DNA of 64,000 nucleotides from Bdellovibrionia bacterium (lineage in GTDB: Bacteria; Bdellovibrionota; Bdellovibrionia; Bdellovibrionales; JAGQZY01), in the NCBI GenBank assembly GCA_030427805.1, contig JAUICP010000008.1, positions 9,075 through 73,074 of the forward strand. The letters are read 5' to 3'. Both the position numbers and the translations under genes were made by a program. Below are positions 55,557 to 64,000 of this stretch, in pieces. The notes beneath the pieces were generated by a model. It was not told the origin of the DNA. It ran no database searches and saw only the letters and a program-made list of their open reading frames with translations. How positions within the stretch are numbered: the first letter of the stretch is position 1; the number at the start of each line of letters is the position of its first letter.

Positions 55557-56696
55557 ATGAAATATATACTTATTATAATTATTGGGATGTTAGCCGTTCA
55601 CCGCAGTTTTGCAGAAGAAGTGTCGGTAGATGCTTCAACGGCTCCATTGACAGAACTTCAGGTCTATCAACAGGAGGTCTATCCTTTTTTCCGGACTCAT
55701 TGCTCTGAATGCCACGATGAAAGAGCTATCTGGCCAGTGGGGCCCAGTCACTCCCACAGTGACCCAGTCCTTGCCTTTGGTGAATTTAACAAGCGCTTTG
55801 ATCGGACCAACTTTAGAAGGTCAAAAATCTGGCGCGTCGGTAGTAATGCCCACTATTGTGATGAACACTATACCAACTGCGATCGTGTTGCGGAGATAAC
55901 ATTGGGACTTGAGTCAGTACTAGGCTCATACGCTCAAAAAATTGAATCCACAGAAGTGAATCAGAGAGCGGGTACTGGTCTCGTTTTATCAGCAACTAGT
56001 AAATTTGATTCTTCCAATGCTTTTGTTATGATTCCGGCTGGTGTCAATAGCATGGGTGAGGATATTGAATTCACCATGAGTTTTGATCGAATTGGCGAAA
56101 CTCATTTTTATGCCCTCAAGTATTTGCAGTTCTGGACCTTGAGAGGCTTCTATAAAATAGCGGGGATCCAGATTTTGATTAATGGTCGCGCCCCCAATAA
56201 AAAAACTGGTTACGAAAACCTAAGTCGTTTTATTGTCTTCTCCGATCCAGAACAGTCTAAAGAGTTTGCTGTAACAAGGGGAGCTGACGAACAGATTGCG
56301 ATCAGCACGCGATTAGCACCACAGCAGCCAATCATAGAAATACCCGAAGGGGCTGAAATTAGCATTGAACTCACTTCTTTTGAAGAGCTCGAAACACTTC
56401 CGCAATCGACCTTTTGCCAATCGAGTGATCGAATTCTGGATTTGAGCGAGAGACTCTTTGAGTGGTCTTCTTATCATGAATTTCGCTATCGTCAGGATTT
56501 AAGTGCCTTAACGAAGTGTCGAATCCTTGAAGCCGATATCAACTATGATTCACCTCGAAGATCCAACTTATTCATAACTCTTGAGGGTCTTATAGTTGAA
56601 GGGCTTATGCTTGAGGAGCCACCGGAGTTCTTTTTTGAATTTTTGCATCAAGCCCTCGAATTTCGCCGATCCGAAGACCTGATGGAACATCAATAA
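55557..56696 (+). CDS. Module B gene 4: secreted protein with an N-terminal CxxCH motif, paralogue of 50032-50847
   Basis: The signal peptide is MKYILIIIIGMLAVHRSFA. EVYPFFRTHCSECHDERA is present. The track ORF starts at the GTG at 55545. Confidence 0.55.
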   Translation: MKYILIIIIGMLAVHRSFAEEVSVDASTAPLTELQVYQQEVYPFFRTHCSECHDERAIWPVGPSHSHSDPVLAFGEFNKRFDRTNFRRSKIWRVGSNAHYCDEHYTNCDRVAEITLGLESVLGSYAQKIESTEVNQRAGTGLVLSATSKFDSSNAFVMIPAGVNSMGEDIEFTMSFDRIGETHFYALKYLQFWTLRGFYKIAGIQILINGRAPNKKTGYENLSRFIVFSDPEQSKEFAVTRGADEQIAISTRLAPQQPIIEIPEGAEISIELTSFEELETLPQSTFCQSSDRILDLSERLFEWSSYHEFRYRQDLSALTKCRILEADINYDSPRRSNLFITLEGLIVEGLMLEEPPEFFFEFLHQALEFRRSEDLMEHQ

Positions 56697-56850
56697 ATTC
56701 AAGTATTTTCAATTGTTACTTGGCCCTAAACCGCCAATTCGGGGCTCCCTTAGGCACTTTCAGACCCTGTCTTTTAACTAGACAGTTCGACAAAAGGGGG
56801 CGGCTCGTAAGGCCTTGATCTTACAAACCAATTTTAAAGTCATCGGGCGA

Positions 56851-56866
56851 AGAGATTGAAATCTCT
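56851..56866. promoter_or_regulatory. Perfect inverted repeat AGAGATT-GA-AATCTCT upstream of the TIGR02147-like gene
   Basis: There are 7-bp arms. The repeat lies about 48 nt upstream of the ATG at 56914. It is a candidate operator. Confidence 0.3.
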
Positions 56867-56913
56867 TTTAGAAATCGGAACTTACTTTGCACAGATAGGA
56901 TGCGAGGATAAAA

Positions 56914-57732
56914 ATGCTAGATATTTACACCTACACAGAAGCACATTCATTTATGAAAGACGCGTGGCTTGAAAAGAAAAAGCGCAACGCCAGTTTTTCG
57001 ATTACAGCCTGGTCCAAGAAGCTTGGTTTTGAGAATAGCAGTCCTCTTTCGTTGACTCTAAAGGGCAAAAGGTCTCTTCCGAAAAAGTACATTCCACGTG
57101 TTATTGAAACCTTAGAGCTTGACCCTAAGGAAGCCCTCTATTTTGAAGCCCTTGTTGAACTATCGCGATCAAAAACAGACGAACAAAAAGAATATTACCT
57201 CGAACAGATGCAAAGACTTTCTCCCACTGGGCATCGAATTGTTACCAGCGTCGATGAATACAACACCCTCAGCGACCCACTATCGACGGCGATTTTGGAA
57301 ATGTCTGGGCTAAAAGGCTTTCGCAGCCAAGCTAAGTGGATCCACGAGCGAGTACGCCTCAATGTAACATTAGAAAATGTTGAATTTGCTTTAATTCGCC
57401 TTGAGCGCCTAGGTTTGATTAAAAAGAATGCTCAAGGTGAGATCGAAAAAACTCATCAGAATCTAAAAACCGAAGATGACCTCAGTGATTTGGCCACCAA
57501 ACATTTTCATCAACGAATTAGTCATTTTGCATCTAAACAGGTCTATGAACAGTCGGTCGAAGAACGGGAGTATCAATCCTACGCGTTTAATATGAAGCGA
57601 AAGGATATGGAGCGTGCCAAAGATCGCATCCGAAAATTTTTAGACGATTTTTTTACGGAGTTCGAAGCTTCCGAAAATGAAGGTGATGAAACATTTCAGT
57701 TTAATGTACAGCTTTTTAAACTGACGAAGTGA
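56914..57732 (+). CDS. TIGR02147 / DUF4423-like putative transcriptional regulator
   Basis: YTEAHSFMKDAWLEKKKRNASFSITAWSKKLGFENSSPLSLTLKGKRSLP matches my recollection of the N-terminal HTH-like region of this family, which is expanded in Bdellovibrio and Fibrobacter. Confidence 0.5.
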   Translation: MLDIYTYTEAHSFMKDAWLEKKKRNASFSITAWSKKLGFENSSPLSLTLKGKRSLPKKYIPRVIETLELDPKEALYFEALVELSRSKTDEQKEYYLEQMQRLSPTGHRIVTSVDEYNTLSDPLSTAILEMSGLKGFRSQAKWIHERVRLNVTLENVEFALIRLERLGLIKKNAQGEIEKTHQNLKTEDDLSDLATKHFHQRISHFASKQVYEQSVEEREYQSYAFNMKRKDMERAKDRIRKFLDDFFTEFEASENEGDETFQFNVQLFKLTK

Positions 57733-57745
57733 AGAGAGAGAAGAG

Positions 57746-58720
57746 ATGAGGCTCAGATATCTAATTGTGCCATGTTTATTAGGGACTGCCATAGCATTAA
57801 TGCTGGTAAGTTGTGGTCCCAAGACATCGACGAATCCCATTGAAGGGCCATCGGTTGTAGAGCCGAGTCCCGAAGCTGATCTTGGTCGAGGCGACGTCAC
57901 GGGTAAAGGTAATGGTACCGATTTACTAAGAATTTCTAACGAAGAAATATTTTCTTATTTAGAAAAAATTAAACAACCTCTCACTCGAACTTTCGAGGCC
58001 TTAAGCACTATGCTAGAAATTCACAATTTAAGACCAGACGCTACCTTGCTCGGTCGTAAAGAGGGTGTGCCCGAATTACTTGAACGCATGCTTAATGCTC
58101 AACACCCTGAAAACAACGGATTCGATATTTTTAAAGATATTCAGGTTGAAAACAATTTCGACATTCAAAGTGAGCCTTGTCTTGATGTCTATGGCAACGA
58201 AAAAGCGGCAACCAGTGTTCCTGGCGAAGTGGGAGGTCGCATCTGCATTTCTCTTCAGAAATTGCGGGAAATGTCCTCTCTCGGTGGGGAAGATGAATTG
58301 ACCATGAAAATCATCTCCATGCTCGCCCATGAATTTTCACATCATTATATGACAGCCGATACCGATGATTTAGAGCTGGTAACCGAGCAGGAGCGATACG
58401 CCATGCGCTTAGAAGCCTTAGTTTTGTTTTATCTGCGTCGCTATACCAATGAAGAGCAGGATACAATCTCCCTCAATGAATTTCCCGCTGTGGATATTTT
58501 CGCCCAAGAAATGGTTAACCAACTGGCACTCATCGAGACTTCGGGAGCATTGCAGGTGACTCAACCTGAGGATGAAGAGGTCGAGGTTCCAGGTAATACT
58601 GTGGTTTACCAATCGGGAGCTGACGATTCTGAGTTGACCGTTAATAGTGAACTCATTCCGGTTGAAGGTGGAGAAACAGTGATAGTTGAAACTCCCGGAA
58701 CGATCGAAGAGGTTGAGTAA
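57746..58720 (+). CDS. Lipoprotein with an HExxH zinc-metallopeptidase motif
   Basis: The lipobox is LMLVSC. ISMLAHEFSHHYM is the only catalytic-type motif seen. Confidence 0.5.
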   Translation: MRLRYLIVPCLLGTAIALMLVSCGPKTSTNPIEGPSVVEPSPEADLGRGDVTGKGNGTDLLRISNEEIFSYLEKIKQPLTRTFEALSTMLEIHNLRPDATLLGRKEGVPELLERMLNAQHPENNGFDIFKDIQVENNFDIQSEPCLDVYGNEKAATSVPGEVGGRICISLQKLREMSSLGGEDELTMKIISMLAHEFSHHYMTADTDDLELVTEQERYAMRLEALVLFYLRRYTNEEQDTISLNEFPAVDIFAQEMVNQLALIETSGALQVTQPEDEEVEVPGNTVVYQSGADDSELTVNSELIPVEGGETVIVETPGTIEEVE

Positions 58721-58721
58721 G

Positions 58722-60533
58722 GTGAAGTCCTGGAGCGATCTTCAATTTTTACGAATCCTTCTTTTCGGTACACTTGGTGTTCTTCTTGTTACCGGTCTAG
58801 TAGCCTGTAATGATCCCGATCGAAATCGACCGCGAATCAACCAAGTGAACTTAGATAGGGATCCCCTCGGTACCGAAGGGCCTGAAGGACCAGAGGTCGA
58901 ACTTGAAAGGCCCGACCCTTCTCGCGAAGCCCAACTCCGCGAAGAGATGGAGCGAGATTTTCGAATTGAAAGGGCAAACAATCGCCTTAATGATGTAGAG
59001 CAACTCTTTCATCCCCAGGGCTTTATCTATGCCAATCGACTTCTTGATCAGGTTTTGGAGCTGGACCCAGAAAACAAAAAGGCGCAATTTTATAAGGCAG
59101 TGATTAAACCCTTTCTTTATCTAAAGGGATTTAAAACTCTTTCAGAACCAATCAGGCGGAAAAGCGGTGTAGGTGATACTTTTGACCCAATCCATGCTTA
59201 TCTCGAGGTGATGGGACGAGGTGGCCTCAAGGAATTCTTAGAGGATTTAGAGGGTGTTGAAACTCAACCGATTCGCACAATGCCTGAACTTCAAGCCTAT
59301 TTTAACGGATGGCTCGTGGAAATCGAAGAGCTTCGGCAATTCTTAAAAAATAATTTGGATCTGGAATTTGAGATGATGGCTTTTAGTATTAACAATCCTA
59401 TTTTGTACAGCCAAATGTGTGCGATCTCAGAATCAGCTCCTGGAGTATTGAGTATCAATGAATGTCCCCATGTCTCAATTTATCGAACCAATTTTGACTA
59501 CTCAGACAATATCATATTTCAAAATGCCCTGGCCGGTTTTCAGATGTTTGTTGCCATTTGGGGAGCCTATAACATGAAGGGACTTGAGTACCTTTCAGAG
59601 AAACAAAAAGATAAGGGTTACTTTGAAGATCAGTTCTATGGCGATGGATACAATTACCCACGATTCGTAGTAACCGAACGGGCGGAGATACAAAACAGTC
59701 GGCAAAAGTATGACTTCTTGTTTTCTCAGAACAACTTTGGAGAGCTCAATGAAACACATAAGCTTTCTTTGGTTCAATCACTCGGCGTGGACTTCGCTGA
59801 AGCCTATCGTTGGGCACAGAGTTTTCAAGATAACCTTTGCCCAGAAGGAGACTATATTGAAGGAAGACAAAACCGACCTAAAAATTTATTTAAGTCGGGT
59901 TGGTGTTCTCGCGATCAGTTTAGTCGAATTATTCCTGAAAGTGAACGGGATGAGGCAGTTAAGAAGGCCTTTGGTGGCGAAAGTCAGAGGCTTCGCATTC
60001 ACCGGGGGTTTGAACTTTCAGAGCCATTTTTGAAAGAAACTGAATTCCACATGTTAAAGCCATTTATTAGCCCCCAAGAAAATATTTTAGGTTTACGTCC
60101 CAGTACCTATGATGCCTGTGAAAGAGTGACTGCATTGACAGATCCGACATTTCTTGGCGTTTTTCCAGAAGGAGATGGTAACGATATCTATGCGGCTTCG
60201 GTTGGAACATGCCGGGAGCGCGTCATCACGGACCCTCAGACCTTAGCGATGATCAAAGAACATTCTTGGCAATTTAATGAAGACCGTTATGAGTTTATCA
60301 GTTGTCTCTCTGAAGAAAAAGTAGATGAAACGGGATTGACGTCTGGCGAGGATACCATCCTCCATCAGACGCTTCAATGTAATACCCGTTGGACAAGCCC
60401 GGGTGAAGAGTGGGCCGATATTTGCGAACGTATGGAGCCGGAAGAATTACAGTATTACATGTATCAAGAGTGTAGCCCAACGGGAGTACACCTAAGAGAG
60501 TATATCTGGTTAACGGATGAGGTAGCCCTGTAA
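58722..60533 (+). CDS. Large hypothetical lipoprotein
   Basis: The lipobox is LVTGLVAC. I chose the GTG at 58722, just after the upstream stop. The track ORF starts at the TTG at 58686. Confidence 0.45.
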   Translation: MKSWSDLQFLRILLFGTLGVLLVTGLVACNDPDRNRPRINQVNLDRDPLGTEGPEGPEVELERPDPSREAQLREEMERDFRIERANNRLNDVEQLFHPQGFIYANRLLDQVLELDPENKKAQFYKAVIKPFLYLKGFKTLSEPIRRKSGVGDTFDPIHAYLEVMGRGGLKEFLEDLEGVETQPIRTMPELQAYFNGWLVEIEELRQFLKNNLDLEFEMMAFSINNPILYSQMCAISESAPGVLSINECPHVSIYRTNFDYSDNIIFQNALAGFQMFVAIWGAYNMKGLEYLSEKQKDKGYFEDQFYGDGYNYPRFVVTERAEIQNSRQKYDFLFSQNNFGELNETHKLSLVQSLGVDFAEAYRWAQSFQDNLCPEGDYIEGRQNRPKNLFKSGWCSRDQFSRIIPESERDEAVKKAFGGESQRLRIHRGFELSEPFLKETEFHMLKPFISPQENILGLRPSTYDACERVTALTDPTFLGVFPEGDGNDIYAASVGTCRERVITDPQTLAMIKEHSWQFNEDRYEFISCLSEEKVDETGLTSGEDTILHQTLQCNTRWTSPGEEWADICERMEPEELQYYMYQECSPTGVHLREYIWLTDEVAL

Positions 60534-60546
60534 CTTGGGATAAGGG

Positions 60547-60909
60547 ATGAAGATTGAAAAAGGATACCAGAAAATGATTGCGAGAAGATTAGTTTTTACG
60601 ACACTACTACTATCACTATTTAGCCTTGGCTTAGTATTGCCGGCCCAAGCTGGCAATGAGAAGATCAAGGGCTTTGAATATCAGTACTGCTCTAAACAGT
60701 ACTGCTATACTTTAACTTCAGAGGAAGCCCGTAGAAATCCCATGGATCACCTTTTTGTATTGAAAGATATTGAACTGGTTCGCAAGAAAGATGGAATTAT
60801 CGAAGAGTTTAAGGCTTCTTATGGCTATTTTAATATCGATACCAATCGCGCAGCCCTTTACAGTGTGAACGGAATCGAAGACGATAACCTTTCGGTGAAG
60901 TTCCAGTAG
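60547..60909 (+). CDS. Small secreted hypothetical protein
   Basis: The signal peptide is LLLSLFSLGLVLPAQA. Confidence 0.45.
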   Translation: MKIEKGYQKMIARRLVFTTLLLSLFSLGLVLPAQAGNEKIKGFEYQYCSKQYCYTLTSEEARRNPMDHLFVLKDIELVRKKDGIIEEFKASYGYFNIDTNRAALYSVNGIEDDNLSVKFQ

Positions 60910-61055
60910 TCTTCTCGTTTTGAGACATCTCTAAAAAAATATCATTCCTAGAAGCCTTAGAATGCCCTTTTGAAGATCAATTGATCTAGAAAATGAAAGG
61001 GCCCTCTGTTCGATTTGAAATCCATTGCTATAATAATGATAGCGAGAGGTTTCCT

Positions 61056-61991
61056 ATGAAAATCATGGTATTTTTATTCAGTTTACTATTGTCCAGTTAT
61101 GGGCTTGCCCAACACGAGCCACCAAGAGACGTGAATTTGACTGATCTCGATCATATGATGGCTTGTATGCAAAGCGGAGATGCGGGAAGAAATGGCACCG
61201 AATATCGGAATGCCATGGTGGCTGCCCCTGTAGATGCAACCGGTGGTCGCTTTTACAACAACATTGACTATGCCAATGCGAATCGTCTTGGAGCTAATAG
61301 TACGGATTATTATTACGACACCTATGTGAACCAAGCCGAAGAAGGCCAATATACTGCTATTCGCGACGATGCCATTTATGTGATTCAAAGAAATGGTAAT
61401 GGTGTAACTATTCGAGTTTATAATATGCCACGGGGGCCGAGTCCAAGTGGTGATAGGCACTATCAGTTTAGTCAAACCTATGATCGAATTTGTACCCATG
61501 AGTACGATGCCGAAATGGGTGTTGCCAGAGAGCTTCCGCGCCCATCAAATACCTGGACGAATAATTGTAACGATCACGAACAACCTTTAACGATTCGTGC
61601 CACAGCCGATCGCGATGGAAATCTGACTTTTCAAGAGCCTGGAGATCCCCGTGGAAACCCAACGGTTTTAAGTGGAAGTTCATGGCCTGTTGGAGAAGTC
61701 GGTTCCTTTTATCGCATGCTCTCAGAAGAAGTGCTCCGTGGCCTAGAACGGGTCAGTGCTGAAACTCAGGGTGTTGCTAATATTAATTATGAGAATGCTG
61801 AAACCAACCCCTGTAATGGGAGTTCGGCTTGTAACGATGCCTTTAATTGTTTAACTCGCCTCAGAGAAAACGGCTTGCTGAATCAGCAACTCATAGATGG
61901 TGCCCAGGTGATGTTTCCAGGCTTTCCAGATGCGGCGGGGTCAGAAACAGGGCCAGCTCCAGTGGGTGAGACGGGTGACGACGAGACCTAG
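61056..61991 (+). CDS. Secreted hypothetical protein
   Basis: The ATG at 61056 follows GAGAGG by 6 nt and gives the signal peptide MKIMVFLFSLLLSSYGLAQ. The track ORF starts at 60993. Confidence 0.5.
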   Translation: MKIMVFLFSLLLSSYGLAQHEPPRDVNLTDLDHMMACMQSGDAGRNGTEYRNAMVAAPVDATGGRFYNNIDYANANRLGANSTDYYYDTYVNQAEEGQYTAIRDDAIYVIQRNGNGVTIRVYNMPRGPSPSGDRHYQFSQTYDRICTHEYDAEMGVARELPRPSNTWTNNCNDHEQPLTIRATADRDGNLTFQEPGDPRGNPTVLSGSSWPVGEVGSFYRMLSEEVLRGLERVSAETQGVANINYENAETNPCNGSSACNDAFNCLTRLRENGLLNQQLIDGAQVMFPGFPDAAGSETGPAPVGETGDDET

Positions 61992-62016
61992 AATTTCATG
62001 TCAGCCAAGTGTGAAA

Positions 62017-62052
62017 GAAAAAAAAAGACCATGATCCTTCATGGTCTTTTCA
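62017..62052 (+). terminator. Strong rho-independent terminator
   Basis: AAGACCATGA-TCCT-TCATGGTCTT has a perfect 10-bp stem, with an A-run before and TTTT after. Confidence 0.85.
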
Positions 62053-62378
62053 CTCTCGTTTATGCCGGATTCTAAAGAAATTTTGGGTTTACGCTTTTAG
62101 CGTCGTTTCTTACTGTCACCTTTATCTATTCCAAAGATTGGACCAGCCAAATCTAAATTATTAAGGAACGAGTAAGAAATTAAGCAGCTAAGCCGGATAT
62201 TGACCATTTTGGGCTAGTCAGTGAATGTTTATTGATCACTTTTAAGACGGGCTACTAGGGCCTGTTAGCGAGTTAATCACCACCGACTAGACAATAAAGT
62301 GTTTCATATTGATACACCTTGTGGTTGTATCTCAAGATAAAGGTTAGGATATTCTTCTAAAAACATTTCATGAGATAT

Positions 62379-62392
62379 GAAACACGTGTTTC
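62379..62392. promoter_or_regulatory. Perfect 14-bp palindrome GAAACACGTGTTTC
   Basis: Read directly. A further half-site, GTGTTTCATAT, lies at 62299-62309 and is inverted relative to ATATGAAACAC at 62375-62385. Confidence 0.35.
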
Positions 62393-62554
62393 CATCTGAG
62401 CGATAGCTTCTCTAACAAGAGTGGACAGATTGAATGGAGCATCAGTATACAATGTGCAGATGACAAAGCGCTTATTTATTAATACAAAAATTGATTTAGG
62501 AGAAGCCAACATTGTTAGATGGCAAACAATCCTCTTGTGTATTTAGCTCTACAA

Positions 62555-62881
62555 TTAAAAATCATTTAACAGTGAGTTAACTTCTTTTTTACACTCTTGA
62601 ATAGCTTCTGAAGAGTGAAGACTTCTGCATACTATTTCTGTACCGTCCTTAACACTTAGACTCTCATTAAGTCCCATATTGATGGCGTTGAGCAGGCATT
62701 GGACGTTAAATGGCGAATGATCGTAAAACATAAGTCCTCTTTGACAGCCTAATTTATATGCCTTCGTAATTATTACCATCTCTTCAGCAGAATGAGTAGG
62801 ATCATCTACAATTGCAATAGATGTTGGACCGCCTAAAAAATTTAATATGCCGAAAATAACAATAAAGTAAAATACTTTCAT
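62555..62881 (-). CDS. Small secreted Cys-containing hypothetical protein
   Basis: The signal peptide is MKVFYFIVIFGILNFLGG. AAGGAG is present upstream on the minus strand. Confidence 0.45.
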   Translation of the reverse strand: MKVFYFIVIFGILNFLGGPTSIAIVDDPTHSAEEMVIITKAYKLGCQRGLMFYDHSPFNVQCLLNAINMGLNESLSVKDGTEIVCRSLHSSEAIQECKKEVNSLLNDF

Positions 62882-63164
62882 TTTTATCTCCTTAGGTTCG
62901 GATGAATACTTATGTGGATGGGAAGTGCAAAGATCTGTCCATCTTATCCACCTTTATTGCAGACAGGAGGAATAAGATAAGTAATGATCTGAAGGTATTT
63001 GATATAAGTGAGAGCTGTGATTAGAATTTTCTTGCTATGGTATAGTGGAAACAGTCCGGCAAAAATTGCCGCTATACTGCAAAATGTGACCTCAAATAAT
63101 ATACCTTGGTCGGGGGATGGAGCAATTGCTTTTACGGAATCCGTTTTGCGAATAAAATAGGAGT

Positions 63165-63425
63165 ATGAAGTCTTGGATGACCCACATTATATTTTGTATT
63201 CTTGGAATTCTTCTTATCATTCTTTCGGGACAAGAAAGTCAGGCCCAGCGAAAGAAGATCGATCTCGATGATATTGATATTCAAGGGGAGCTGCAAAAGG
63301 ATGATCGTCTAAGAATTCTGGGTCGGCAAAAGAATCAACTCAGCAACTATGTGAAGTTTAGAACGAATTTTCGCAAAGAAATTACTGAAGAATTGCCCCG
63401 CCCGGAACCGAAATTCACATATTAA
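63165..63425 (+). CDS. Small secreted hypothetical protein
   Basis: The signal peptide is IIFCILGILLIILSGQESQA. An AGGAG ribosome-binding site lies just upstream. Confidence 0.4.
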   Translation: MKSWMTHIIFCILGILLIILSGQESQAQRKKIDLDDIDIQGELQKDDRLRILGRQKNQLSNYVKFRTNFRKEITEELPRPEPKFTY

Positions 63426-63557
63426 ACTCCGATATATCCTTTGTAAAATCAGATGTTTAGGTCATTCTTTTCAAATTTGACGCAAGTTTTGACGCGCCCC
63501 TCTTCTTTTTTCTCGCAAAACAGAGGATATTGGCTTCGAAGGGAGGGTATAAACAGG

Positions 63558-64000
63558 AGTCAAAACAATGAAACACTTACTTTTACTTCTTACCATTAGT
63601 AGTTTGATCGCTGCCTGCGGAAGCGAAAAAAAACAAAATGAAGATCCGAATCGGATCGGCCAGTTTATGGGAACGCTCTTTAAAGCTAAGAACACCCCCC
63701 AACACTATCAATCAGAAGAAGGAAAACATTTTATAAAAATCTATCCCGATGGCCGCATTGAAGTCGATATGACTTATACGACCAACCTTACAGATTATGG
63801 ACGCGCCTTAGAAAGAAATGAACTCGGTGACCCGCTGAGTACCTACGAACAGTTTATATTAGATAATTTAGAAACAGAAGATGTTGATTGTCGTTTTAGT
63901 TATAATGGAACTATTGCGCGCTTTGAGAGCTATGGTGGCGTGAGTGTCGGCGAACGCTATATGGAACTCGATATTTTAGAAATCGAAATGGGCTATGACC
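63558..64000 (+). CDS. Lipoprotein, N-terminal fragment (runs off the right edge)
   Basis: It is not in the ORF track because it has no stop. An AGGAG at 63545 precedes the ATG at 63558, which reads MKHLLLLLTISSLIAACGSEKKQ... (a lipobox), open to the window end. Confidence 0.55.

Overview
This is 64 kb of densely coding bacterial chromosome with about 60 protein genes on both strands. Many 1-4 bp start/stop overlaps indicate operons. By eye I found no rRNA, tRNA or CRISPR array. The gene content suggests a Bdellovibrio-like predatory bacterium, but that taxonomic call is inference only. It rests on a Bd0055-like histone-fold protein, a TolQ/TolR/TonB-type motor cluster with giant TPR proteins, a TIGR02147-like regulator, and very many Sec or lipoprotein signal sequences. 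Recognisable genes are hemB, gpmA, an olsB/olsA-like aminolipid pair, a squalene-synthase-like gene, an XPD/DinG-like helicase fused to a RecB-type nuclease, a Cho-like GIY-YIG nuclease, an HTH-ParA, a large GGDEF sensor, an EEP nuclease and a RAYT-like HUH transposase. The most unusual items follow. (1) At 46.3-56.7 kb, two paralogous operons each repeat the same four-gene exported module: a CxxCH protein, a small secreted protein, a Tat-exported DUF1501-like protein and a second CxxCH protein. The function is unknown. (2) At 11.6-14.6 kb, the ParA operon partner carries the 9-mer GTTTGT[T/A]CC many times in its coding DNA, and the 9-mer is read in all three frames. (3) At 1.2-7.9 kb, a surface-polymer cassette contains a dikinase-type enzyme, a LicC-like nucleotidyltransferase, a TagF-like transferase and an LtaS-like protein. 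It is bracketed by 71-bp direct repeats, one of which looks like an orphan gene 3' end. (4) A histone-fold protein carries a lysine-rich N-terminal tail. (5) At 34-45 kb there is an Agl/Glt-like motor cluster. All functional calls come from motif recognition by eye. No database search was run.
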